Both the position numbers and the translations under genes were made by a program. DNA of 64,000 nt from an uncultured virus (IMG/VR IMGVR_UViG_3300012274_000057) (Duplodnaviria; Heunggongvirae; Uroviricota; Caudoviricetes), in the IMG/VR virus record IMGVR_UViG_3300012274_000057, positions 1 through 64,000 of that record. One strand, written 5' to 3'. Numbering within the stretch: position 1 is the first letter of the stretch; every line of letters begins with the position of its first letter. Shown here in pieces: positions 1 through 8,995 of this stretch. The notes under the pieces were generated by a model. That model made no database searches, was not told the DNA's origin, and saw nothing but the letters and a program-made list of their open reading frames with translations.

Positions 1-127
1 TAAAAACAATAGATGTAAATATTCATGTTTCTACAATACATGATGAGAGGATTGTCAAATCTCACTTCGTGAGATTTTAAAGGATGAAGTAAATAGAATT
101 TTTTTATTTACTTTTTACACTTGTCCA

Positions 128-139
128 AACAATTTATTA
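128..139 (+). promoter_or_regulatory. Late-type promoter AACA-N6-TA (representative site)
   Basis: Same motif on + at 5906, 7581, 8959, 13698, 19361, 19933, 24235, 28855, 29707, 33256, 36445, 38235, 39803, 47092, 54805, 57265, 62029, 62926 and on - at 5465-76, 19290-301, 22599-610, 30894-905, 32446-57, 51254-65; all intergenic and oriented with the downstream gene. Confidence 0.85.
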
Positions 140-189
140 ATTTACATATTTATCCTAGATAAATATATTTTTTAAGGGGGAAATTAACT

Positions 190-3060
190 ATGAAGATTAC
201 AGAACAAGGAATGAATATACTAGTAGAAAAGGAATATTTCAAAAAGGGAGAAACAGAATGGGAACACTTAGTAGATAGAGTTGCACATACTATTTCTAAT
301 GCAGAACCTACTACAGAATTGAGAAAAACAGTAAGAGATAAAATAAATAAAGCTATGAATAGAATGGAATTTTGTTTTAGTTCACCAGCTTTAATTAATG
401 CTAATCCAGATGTGAATAATCCAGGACAATATAGTTCATGTTTTATAATAGGGATAAAAGATGATTTAATGTCTATTATGGAGGCTGTACCAAGAATGGC
501 TAAAATATTTCAAAAAGCAGGTGGAGTAGGAGTATCTAATATATCTATACTAAGACCAGCTAAAACTACTGTAGAAAAAAGCAATGGGTATAGTTGCGGT
601 CCTCTAGGATTTATGGAAATATATAATACTACAGCAGAAGTTATGACAAGAGAAAATAAATCAAAAAGAGGAGCATTAAAAATAAATATGGATATCTGGC
701 ATCCAGATATCATAGATTTTATTAATTGTAAAAACGAAGATGGTAAATTACCATTAATGAATATATCTGTTTCTGCATATGATGATTTTGAAGAGGCAGT
801 AGAAAAAAATGCAGATTGGGATTTAATATTTCCTGATTTTGAAACTATGGATAAGAAAGTATATGATAAAGAATGGAACGGAGATATATATGCTTGGAGA
901 GAAAAAGGATATCCTATAAAAGTATATAAAACTGTAAAAGCTAGAGAATTAAAAAGAATGGCAGATGAAGCGATGTGGAAAAGAGGAGAGCCAGGGTGGA
1001 ATTATCAATCTAGAATGAATAATGATAATAAAAATAAACACATTGGCACTATAATATATACAAACCCATGTAATGAATTCTCAAACTTAATAGATACAAG
1101 CTGTACATTAGGAAGTATAAATTTTATGACTTGTATATCCATTAGTAAAAAGGATGGAAAACCTTACGTAAACTATAGAAAGTTTAAAAAACTAATAAAA
1201 GACGGAGTTAGATGGTTAGATGATATGGTATCTGTTAATAAATTACCATTATCGGAAATCCAAGAAATGTCTGATAAAATAAGAGCAATTGGATTGGGTA
1301 TAATGGGATTTGGTACTTCACTATTTAAATTAGGTATTCGTTATGGAAGTAAAGAATGTATAAACTTTATTAACGAAATAGGAACTGTATTATATGATAC
1401 TGCATTAAAAGCATCAATGGAACTAGCAGATGAAAAAGGAGTATATCCTGCTTGGAAAGGAAGCGAATGGGAAAAACAAGGAATCAAAGTAAGAAACTCT
1501 AATTTTATATCTATTGCACCAAATGGAACAATATCAACACTTGCAGGGGTTTCTGGAGGAATAGAACCAGAGTTTGCTCTTGTATATTGGAGAAGAACTA
1601 ATAATGGTAATAGTTATCCATTCTTAAATCCTATATTCTTAGAAGCTATAGAAGCAATAGGTTTGGATAAAAACATTATACTCGAAAAGGTTCAAAATAA
1701 TCATGGTTCTTGCCAAGGTATAGATGAAATACCACAAGAAATCCAAGATGTATTTGTTACTGCACATGATATAACTCCTGAGGAGCATATAAAAGTTGTA
1801 GGAGCATGGCAACAGCATACGGATTTATCTATTTCTAAAACGATAAACTTCAAGAATGATGCAACTGTAGAAGATATAAGCGATATAATCATGCAAGGAT
1901 GGAAAGCTGGATGTAAAGGGTTGGCTGTATATAGAGATGGTAGTAGAAAGTTTCAAACACTTTCATCAACTAAGCAAGATGAGGATAGTGATATAACTAC
2001 ACAAGTTATCAATATGGTAAAAGATTTGTCTGAAAGTGAGAAAATGGATATTATAAATAAGATACTACCTTCCAATAATATATCCGTTGAAAATATTGAA
2101 GTTGGCGAAATTGGAAATCTAGAAGAATTATTAGTTGAAAATGAAAATAAATGTGCTACATGTACAGGAAATGCTTGTGGAAAACACGATCCAGTAGAAT
2201 TATTAGGAGTAGATTATTCCACTAAAAAAAATAGCGATCATAGTGCTATAAATATAGCAGCACCAGAAATGAATACTGTAAGTAGAAAGGATTTTGGAGA
2301 AAAGTTAGCAGGGAATACTTATACTAGAGAGTCTGCATGTGGAAAATTTTATGTAACTTTAAACAGAGATCCTAGGAATGGAAAAATAATTGAAACGTTT
2401 GTTAATGTAAAAAATGGGTTATGTAAATCTAATGTTGATGCTAATACTAGATTAATTTCATTATGTCTGAGAAATGATATTCCAATGGAAGATGTAATTG
2501 AGCAATTAAAAGGTATATCTTGTGCAGCATGTACTAATACACTAGCTAAAGGAAACAAAAAAATTGATGGTATATCTTGTCCAGATATTATGGCTAAATT
2601 ATTAGAAAAAGAGTTGCAAATAGCAAAAAATAAACAACAAAAGAAAACAGTTGAATTTAATGAATTAGAAGAACCTTTATTTATAAATAAAGTACAAAAT
2701 GAAAGAGGTTTTTCAAATATAGTAAAAGAAACAACAGAGGCTATAAAAGAATACGCTTCAGATAGATTTGTAATGAATAATCCATTAGGAATAAAACTAG
2801 ACAATAAACCTACAACAGTAGAAGCAGCAAAATCTAAAGTATTCTATAACGCAGTTAAAAATAATCTTAATAAAGATAATAAAATATCACCAGCAGAATT
2901 AGATAGAATAAATTTAATGGAAAGATGCTATATTGCACCTTATGAAAAAGAAAAATCTAGAGAAGAATTATTAGCAGAGGGTATTTGTCCAGATTGTGGA
3001 AATGAACTTCCTCCTGGAAGATGTATACAATGTGTTCACTGTGGGTTTGCCACTTGTTAA
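190..3060 (+). CDS. nrdJ: Class II (adenosylcobalamin-dependent) ribonucleotide reductase with C-terminal TSCPD-like domain and Zn ribbon
   Basis: SSCF, GGVG, KRGA, TNPCNE active-site loop, IAPNGTIS..GVSGGIEP, ISKTIN and YRDGSR motifs; C-terminal CGKFYVTLN...SCPD and CPDCG..CVHCG; SD ggggg; no NrdB nearby. Confidence 0.9.
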   Translation: MKITEQGMNILVEKEYFKKGETEWEHLVDRVAHTISNAEPTTELRKTVRDKINKAMNRMEFCFSSPALINANPDVNNPGQYSSCFIIGIKDDLMSIMEAVPRMAKIFQKAGGVGVSNISILRPAKTTVEKSNGYSCGPLGFMEIYNTTAEVMTRENKSKRGALKINMDIWHPDIIDFINCKNEDGKLPLMNISVSAYDDFEEAVEKNADWDLIFPDFETMDKKVYDKEWNGDIYAWREKGYPIKVYKTVKARELKRMADEAMWKRGEPGWNYQSRMNNDNKNKHIGTIIYTNPCNEFSNLIDTSCTLGSINFMTCISISKKDGKPYVNYRKFKKLIKDGVRWLDDMVSVNKLPLSEIQEMSDKIRAIGLGIMGFGTSLFKLGIRYGSKECINFINEIGTVLYDTALKASMELADEKGVYPAWKGSEWEKQGIKVRNSNFISIAPNGTISTLAGVSGGIEPEFALVYWRRTNNGNSYPFLNPIFLEAIEAIGLDKNIILEKVQNNHGSCQGIDEIPQEIQDVFVTAHDITPEEHIKVVGAWQQHTDLSISKTINFKNDATVEDISDIIMQGWKAGCKGLAVYRDGSRKFQTLSSTKQDEDSDITTQVINMVKDLSESEKMDIINKILPSNNISVENIEVGEIGNLEELLVENENKCATCTGNACGKHDPVELLGVDYSTKKNSDHSAINIAAPEMNTVSRKDFGEKLAGNTYTRESACGKFYVTLNRDPRNGKIIETFVNVKNGLCKSNVDANTRLISLCLRNDIPMEDVIEQLKGISCAACTNTLAKGNKKIDGISCPDIMAKLLEKELQIAKNKQQKKTVEFNELEEPLFINKVQNERGFSNIVKETTEAIKEYASDRFVMNNPLGIKLDNKPTTVEAAKSKVFYNAVKNNLNKDNKISPAELDRINLMERCYIAPYEKEKSREELLAEGICPDCGNELPPGRCIQCVHCGFATC

Positions 3061-3068
3061 TAAAAAAT

Positions 3069-3100
3069 AAAGAGAAGAGGAAATTCCTCTTCTCTTTTTT
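3069..3100. terminator. Bidirectional intrinsic terminator
   Basis: aaagagaagagg-aaatt-cctcttctcttt between convergent genes. Confidence 0.85.
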
Positions 3101-3111
3101 CCCTTACTAAT

Positions 3112-3447
3112 TTAAAAGTCCTTTATCTTTTGGTAGCCTTTATCTTTTATTTCTCGAATAGAGATTAATGTATCTTCCAACTTATTTATTATATTATTGC
3201 TTAAATCTATTTCAATATATTCTAAAAAATCTACTATCTCTCCTACTTTTCTTATTTCTGATTTTATTATTCTTCTTTTCTTAAATTCAAATATACTAGT
3301 AGCACTAAGATTCATATTATAATATAACAACATATCTATTGCAACGCTTCTAATTTCTAACATATATAATTTAACAATTGATCGTTTAGCATCAATATCA
3401 TTATTATGTTTCTTATAATATTCTATTGCTCTCATAAGATCTGACAT
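3112..3447 (-). CDS. Hypothetical helical protein, paralog of 3468-3815
   Basis: 111 aa ORF with SD; FEFKKRRIIKSE resembles FNFRLKRILKKE of the neighbour. Confidence 0.7.
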   Translation of the reverse strand: MSDLMRAIEYYKKHNNDIDAKRSIVKLYMLEIRSVAIDMLLYYNMNLSATSIFEFKKRRIIKSEIRKVGEIVDFLEYIEIDLSNNIINKLEDTLISIREIKDKGYQKIKDF

Positions 3448-3467
3448 ATTATTCTTTCCTTCTTTCT

Positions 3468-3815
3468 TTATATATTATAAGTATCTTTACATTTTTTATT
3501 CTCATTTCGAAATCTAAATATTGCTTTATCTCTTATATCCATGAGTATTTCTCTACTTTCATCTAATAGTTGTCTAGTTATCTCTTCTTCAGTGATAGTA
3601 CGTGCATGTAACATAATATCAGAAACCATATTATTTTCTTTCTTCAGGATTCTTTTTAATCTAAAATTAAATTTACTAATACTAGAATATGTTATAGTAT
3701 TAAAAGATAGAGTAATAGCTCCTAATTCAAATACTGTTTCTTTATAAAGTGATAATAAAAATGTCTTATCGCTTTCTAAATATTTATTATAATCATCATT
3801 ATTTCTTATTTTCAT
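3468..3815 (-). CDS. Hypothetical protein of a small paralog family
   Basis: 115 aa ORF, SD ggggga; N-terminus MKIRNNDDYNKY resembles MIIKNEEDYDKY of the next gene. Confidence 0.7.
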   Translation of the reverse strand: MKIRNNDDYNKYLESDKTFLLSLYKETVFELGAITLSFNTITYSSISKFNFRLKRILKKENNMVSDIMLHARTITEEEITRQLLDESREILMDIRDKAIFRFRNENKKCKDTYNI

Positions 3816-3842
3816 AAATATCCCCCTAATATAAATATTATT

Positions 3843-4175
3843 TTATTGAAGTTTAATACGGTTTCCCAATAAATCTATATAATTATAAAAATTTTCTAAA
3901 GAATTATATTCATTTAATATATCTGGCAAAATCTCTTCTAAATTATTCAATACATAATTAAATGATTTATTTAATCTTCTATACATACGCATAAGCTTTA
4001 TAGAAATTACAAACATTTTTATTTTCATTATTATATTTAAGTCTAAATAGGTTGATTTAACTACATTATAAGAACTATTTGTTTTTTGCATTAAATCTAA
4101 TAATTTAGATTTAATTTTAGTTAAATATATGTCGTATATATATTTATCGTAATCTTCTTCATTTTTAATAATCAT
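3843..4175 (-). CDS. Hypothetical protein of a small paralog family
   Basis: 110 aa ORF, start overlaps the upstream stop (TAATG). Confidence 0.7.
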   Translation of the reverse strand: MIIKNEEDYDKYIYDIYLTKIKSKLLDLMQKTNSSYNVVKSTYLDLNIIMKIKMFVISIKLMRMYRRLNKSFNYVLNNLEEILPDILNEYNSLENFYNYIDLLGNRIKLQ

Positions 4176-4483
4176 TATTCGTCTACCCCCTCTATCATAT
4201 CATTTAATGCCAATTGGATATTTAAACATGAGATAAATAAACCATCTAATTTATCTTCTATATCAGTTATACCTTTTAATCCATCTATTACAAACTTAAT
4301 ATAGTCTGTAGATTCCCTATTAATAACATTTATACGATTTGTAAATTCAATAAAAATATCTGTTTGTGGTTCTATTTCAATTAGATATCTTTCTAATTTT
4401 TTACAAACATCTATTATTGCATTGAATTGTTCAATTTGATTTTTATATTTTTCCTTTCTTAAATCCTTTATTTCAGTAATCAT
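4175..4483 (-). CDS. Hypothetical early protein
   Basis: Start moved to the ATG at 4483 behind SD aaggggga; TATATATTAT promoter at 4545-4555. Confidence 0.7.
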   Translation of the reverse strand: MITEIKDLRKEKYKNQIEQFNAIIDVCKKLERYLIEIEPQTDIFIEFTNRINVINRESTDYIKFVIDGLKGITDIEDKLDGLFISCLNIQLALNDMIEGVDE

Positions 4484-4561
4484 TATTTTATCCCCCTTAA
4501 ACATACTTTTGACCTATAGAGTTTATTCTCTATAGGTCATTGATATAATATATAATTAAAA

Positions 4562-5431
4562 TTAATTTATAGTATATTCATTCATAAATGATTTAATATC
4601 TGCATTAATATTGATAAAATCCCTTTCTATTGTATTATCAGGAATATTTAATTTATTGTATCCATAATTGAATTCAAGTAATAATATTTTTTCATTAACA
4701 AATGATTCTAGTATAGCTTTCTTTATATTAATATTAAGTATCATTGGTGAATATGGTATTATAGTATAATTCTTTTTAATAAATGTAGTCAATAAATTAG
4801 ATCTTACTTTAGTATCTGTTACTATTAATTGGCTACTTGCAAGTTCATGTATATTTATTGCTGAAGTATTATTATTATAATTATCAAACCATATTAATCT
4901 ACATGGATCTTTAGATTTATATTTTATACCAGATAGAATATTTTTAATACTTTTTATTTTCTGAAAATACTCTGGAAGCAAGTTGTACATTTCTGTTAAC
5001 TTTGATTTGATAGAATTAAAATCCTGTACTGTATTTTCAAATATATTTACATCAAATATATAATCACTAAACAATCTGTTATACAAAATATAAGATAAAA
5101 TTGTTGTTGTTTTACCTGGATGCTGCCTTATTGCATTAACAAGGCAATTATTACCTTGGTGAAGTGCAGTAAGTAAGTTTATTCTTAAATTATTTGGAAT
5201 AAAACTATTTCCTTCATCCAGAGGAATTGGAATATTTAAAACTTTATAATAGAAAAAATCTGCATCTTTTCTACATATATTAATTATAATCTCCTTTTGT
5301 TCCTCGGTTAAATTTGGGTTTGAGCAGTCAACTAGATTATATAAAACATCTAAGTCTTTATGCTCAAATTTAATCCCAAATTCTAAAGCTTGTTTTTCAA
5401 ATGTTCGCATAAATGCAATATAATTATTCAT
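4562..5431 (-). CDS. Degenerate terminase-large-subunit-like ATPase domain protein
   Basis: RQHPGKTT Walker A variant preceded by C..DADFFYY..L, as at terminase N-termini; only 289 aa, no nuclease domain, Walker B reads WFDN. Confidence 0.55.
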   Translation of the reverse strand: MNNYIAFMRTFEKQALEFGIKFEHKDLDVLYNLVDCSNPNLTEEQKEIIINICRKDADFFYYKVLNIPIPLDEGNSFIPNNLRINLLTALHQGNNCLVNAIRQHPGKTTTILSYILYNRLFSDYIFDVNIFENTVQDFNSIKSKLTEMYNLLPEYFQKIKSIKNILSGIKYKSKDPCRLIWFDNYNNNTSAINIHELASSQLIVTDTKVRSNLLTTFIKKNYTIIPYSPMILNINIKKAILESFVNEKILLLEFNYGYNKLNIPDNTIERDFININADIKSFMNEYTIN

Positions 5432-5491
5432 AATTTATTATCCCCCTTGGATTTTTTTTATATTTATATGAATGTTTTGCATTTATTTAAT

Positions 5492-5785
5492 TTATACAAG
5501 TCTCTCCAATACAGTGATTCTTATATGTCTATATTCTAAAACTGTCATTTTTATATTTATTACATCCATCATAGCAGAAGAGGAAATTAATGTGAGCTTA
5601 TCATAATTCTTATTAATGAGCTTATCAATTTCCTCCAATGCTTCCCTACTATTTTTTGCTATCTCCTTTAACTTAACATCTGAAGAATTTATAATTAATT
5701 TATTATGCTCATTTATTTCTGTCTTTGTTAATTCAATTACTTCATCTACTATTTTTTCTAATTCTTGAATTTCTTTAACCATCAT
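5492..5785 (-). CDS. Hypothetical coiled-coil protein
   Basis: 97 aa ORF with SD gggagg. Confidence 0.7.
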   Translation of the reverse strand: MMVKEIQELEKIVDEVIELTKTEINEHNKLIINSSDVKLKEIAKNSREALEEIDKLINKNYDKLTLISSSAMMDVINIKMTVLEYRHIRITVLERLV

Positions 5786-5983
5786 TTGTAATTCCTCCCT
5801 TTTTATTTAGTAATTGTTTTTTTACATATAAGTTAGTTATCTTGTGAATGTAAATATATGGAATTACTTATGTTTGGGACAAGCTAAAAACATAATAATC
5901 AAATAAACATATATATAAGAAGGGAAGGAGGATAAGAAATATGTTTAAATATAAATTTTTAATTAATAATGGAGGTGAAAATT

Positions 5984-7552
5984 ATGCTTCAATATGTAGA
6001 TAAATATAGTGCTGGTGAATATCCATTCGGAATAACATTAGACAATCAAGATAATGTATATATTGTGGAATATAATAGTCATATATTAACAAAATATGAT
6101 TCGAATAAACAAAAACTTGCAGAATTTGGTACTCGTGGTATCATTAAAACTGATAATTATGGTTTACAAAAGCCTAGAGCTGTTGCAGTTGATCTAATTG
6201 GAAATGTATATGTTGCAGATACTTATAATCATAGAGTCATTAAATTAAATTCTAACCTCGAATATGTATCTCAATTTGGAATAACCAATCAAGGTAAAAA
6301 TGATAATACTGGATTACTTCATCCATCTGGCGTAACGGTGGATTCAATTGGAAATGTATATGTTGCAGATTATAATAATCATAGATTAGTTAAATTAAAT
6401 TCTAATATGCAATATGTATCACAATTTGGTATTACATTATTAGCTGAAAGTGATACATCTGGATTAACTCTGCCAGGTGGATTATCTATTGATATACACG
6501 ATAATATATACGTAACTGATGGTACTACTGCGAATAGAATTATGAAGATAAATTCTATTACAATGAATTATATATCTCATGTAAATGTTTCTGCTACAAC
6601 CAATTATACTACTTCTGGAAGCGATATATTAACAGTGGCTGTGGATAAAAAAGGATTTATATACACTGCCGATCCTACCAATTATGTGGTATGTAAATTT
6701 GATAGTAATTTACAATATATAGAAGAATTCAAATCTGATTCAGTTAAAGGTATATATTTAAAAAAAGTTTCAGGTATAGCTATAGATTCAGAAGGTTATG
6801 TTAACGTTGCAGATTATAATAACTGTGAAATATTTAGATTAGGTCGTGTTAAATCATTTATAAAGTTTTCTCCTATAGAAATAGAAAAACGCAAAATAAT
6901 TCAAGATGAACTTATAGCAAAACAAGGTCAAGTTATATTTTGCCCAGATTCTAAGCAAATGTATGTAGATGGAAGAGAGGGAAGATTTAAAGTATCAGAC
7001 ATAGAGTTTTTACAAACAGAACGAGATTTAGATTTTGTTAATACAAATGACTATAATGCTGATGGTAAATTTTATTTTATAAAGCAGAATGGAAGCGTAT
7101 ATATATACTCAGATGGATGGAATAAATTAATATCCAATGATGCTGTAAAAAAACTTGCTGTTTTATATCTCGGTACTAATAGATTGAAATTAGGATACCA
7201 ACCTATGGTGATTGCTCCTGGAGAAAATATGATTATAGACTCAATTTGGGCAATTGCAGATATTCCTGGATCTACAAAACAAACTAAATTACAGTTATCA
7301 ATTGGAAATATGAACGATACTGGAGAGATATTATGGGAAGATCCTATAAATTTCCAAGATTCTACTATTATCTTTGAACCTAACGCATATCTATCAACAG
7401 TTGCTCAAGGATTAAATTATAATATAAATTCTACAAGTCTAATAAAAATAGTTGTATTAGATACAGATATTAATATTAAAGGTATAACCATTAATATTAA
7501 CCTATTAACAATCCCTGAGTATAATATCACATATGCTCCTACACCATCTTAA
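5984..7552 (+). CDS. NHL-repeat beta-propeller protein, probably virion-associated
   Basis: Repeats P.GVAVD..GNVYVAD.YNHR..K; SD ggaggtg before the ATG at 5984; late promoter at 5906. Confidence 0.85.
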   Translation: MLQYVDKYSAGEYPFGITLDNQDNVYIVEYNSHILTKYDSNKQKLAEFGTRGIIKTDNYGLQKPRAVAVDLIGNVYVADTYNHRVIKLNSNLEYVSQFGITNQGKNDNTGLLHPSGVTVDSIGNVYVADYNNHRLVKLNSNMQYVSQFGITLLAESDTSGLTLPGGLSIDIHDNIYVTDGTTANRIMKINSITMNYISHVNVSATTNYTTSGSDILTVAVDKKGFIYTADPTNYVVCKFDSNLQYIEEFKSDSVKGIYLKKVSGIAIDSEGYVNVADYNNCEIFRLGRVKSFIKFSPIEIEKRKIIQDELIAKQGQVIFCPDSKQMYVDGREGRFKVSDIEFLQTERDLDFVNTNDYNADGKFYFIKQNGSVYIYSDGWNKLISNDAVKKLAVLYLGTNRLKLGYQPMVIAPGENMIIDSIWAIADIPGSTKQTKLQLSIGNMNDTGEILWEDPINFQDSTIIFEPNAYLSTVAQGLNYNINSTSLIKIVVLDTDINIKGITININLLTIPEYNITYAPTPS

Positions 7553-7616
7553 ATTATATAAATAATACTGTTTTAATTTTAACAATATAGTAATTAAAAA
7601 TAAGGAGGTATGCTTA

Positions 7617-8246
7617 ATGGCAACACAAGGAAAACCAATTATCTCTTGGTGGTGGGACTACATGGAGAGTGAAGTTAAGAAATACGATTATGCAGGACAA
7701 AAAGGCGGTATTGGTACTAAAAATCAATGGGATATCGGAGTTGTAAGAGCTGGTAATGAAGCAACAGTAGATGAAACACTTCAGACTTTCTATATTTGGA
7801 ATAATAAATCTGGTGTAACTGCTGTACAAAATATGACTAATTGCGAATTAACAATAAGAGATGGTAACTATACAGATGGAAGCTATCATGAAGGTAATGC
7901 TGATTCCCCTCTAGTTACTGGAAGATGGATTGAGGCTAGAACATTTAAATCAGTAAAAGATAGTACTGGAACTGAAACACCAAGTAGCTGGACTCCAATT
8001 GGATTATCAGATTTAGGAGCGATAGCTAAAATTAATTTTGAAGCTCTAGGAGATGGAACCACAGGTTCAGTAGATACATTCCAAGCAAATGAAATTTCAG
8101 GGGCTGTAAATACTGGTACATTTGATTCACAAACAGATAAAAACAATTATGCTAAAGTTCAAATGAGATTAAAAGTACCAGCAGATGCTGAAGCTGGAGA
8201 AGTTGCATTTATAGCAAGAATTTATTATTCTTCAAGAGTAGTATAA
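7617..8246 (+). CDS. Probable virion structural protein
   Basis: 209 aa, beta/Gly-rich, own late promoter (7581), strong SD and terminator. Confidence 0.6.
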   Translation: MATQGKPIISWWWDYMESEVKKYDYAGQKGGIGTKNQWDIGVVRAGNEATVDETLQTFYIWNNKSGVTAVQNMTNCELTIRDGNYTDGSYHEGNADSPLVTGRWIEARTFKSVKDSTGTETPSSWTPIGLSDLGAIAKINFEALGDGTTGSVDTFQANEISGAVNTGTFDSQTDKNNYAKVQMRLKVPADAEAGEVAFIARIYYSSRVV

Positions 8247-8249
8247 CAT

Positions 8250-8289
8250 TAATGTAGCAGAGAAATCTGCTACATTATCATTTTTTTTT
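8250..8289 (+). terminator. Intrinsic terminator
   Basis: taatgtagcaga-gaaa-tctgctacatta plus T tract. Confidence 0.8.
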
Positions 8290-8310
8290 ATATATAAGGG
8301 AGGAATATTT

Positions 8311-8901
8311 ATGATGATGAATTGGTTTTCTATAAGTAATGGAAAAACTATTAAAGAAGGTGAAGGATTTTTAGTAGAACGAGAGACATTAGAGAGATTC
8401 GGAATACAATTAACAGATGATAAAAATAACGGAAGAGAAGTATATTATAGCGTAGAAACTGGAGAATTTATTTTATCGGAAACTGAAAGAATTGGTATTT
8501 TACTTGAAATATTTGAAGATGAGATAGAAGAACAAATAAACACAAGAAAAGTAATAGAAAAAATTAATCTAACTAATAATAGTCAAATTAAATATAATGA
8601 TTGTATAGCTTTTCAAAATTCATATATGGATATAAACAATCCTAAAGTAAAACATCCAGTATTAAGAGGTTATAGTTTTGGATATAAAACTCAATTAGAA
8701 TATAATAATTATAGATTTAATATTCAACCGTTATTAGTTTTAAATATGGGTGAAAAATTAATGTTCTCTATTAAATTATTATCAAATAAAAAACTACAAG
8801 GAAGAATTATTATTACATTAAATGGGGAATTATATAGTCATAGTGATATATTTGAATTGGAAGAAAATATATCATCAAAAAATATCGATATAGTATTATA
8901 A
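8311..8901 (+). CDS. Hypothetical protein in the tail/adhesin block
   Basis: 196 aa ORF with SD gggagg. Confidence 0.7.
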   Translation: MMMNWFSISNGKTIKEGEGFLVERETLERFGIQLTDDKNNGREVYYSVETGEFILSETERIGILLEIFEDEIEEQINTRKVIEKINLTNNSQIKYNDCIAFQNSYMDINNPKVKHPVLRGYSFGYKTQLEYNNYRFNIQPLLVLNMGEKLMFSIKLLSNKKLQGRIIITLNGELYSHSDIFELEENISSKNIDIVL

Positions 8902-8995
8902 AATAATAATGCATAGTTTAATAGCTATGCATTATCAATCTGTCAAATTATATATTTTAACATTATAATAACTCAAACAAGGAGATGATGATAAA

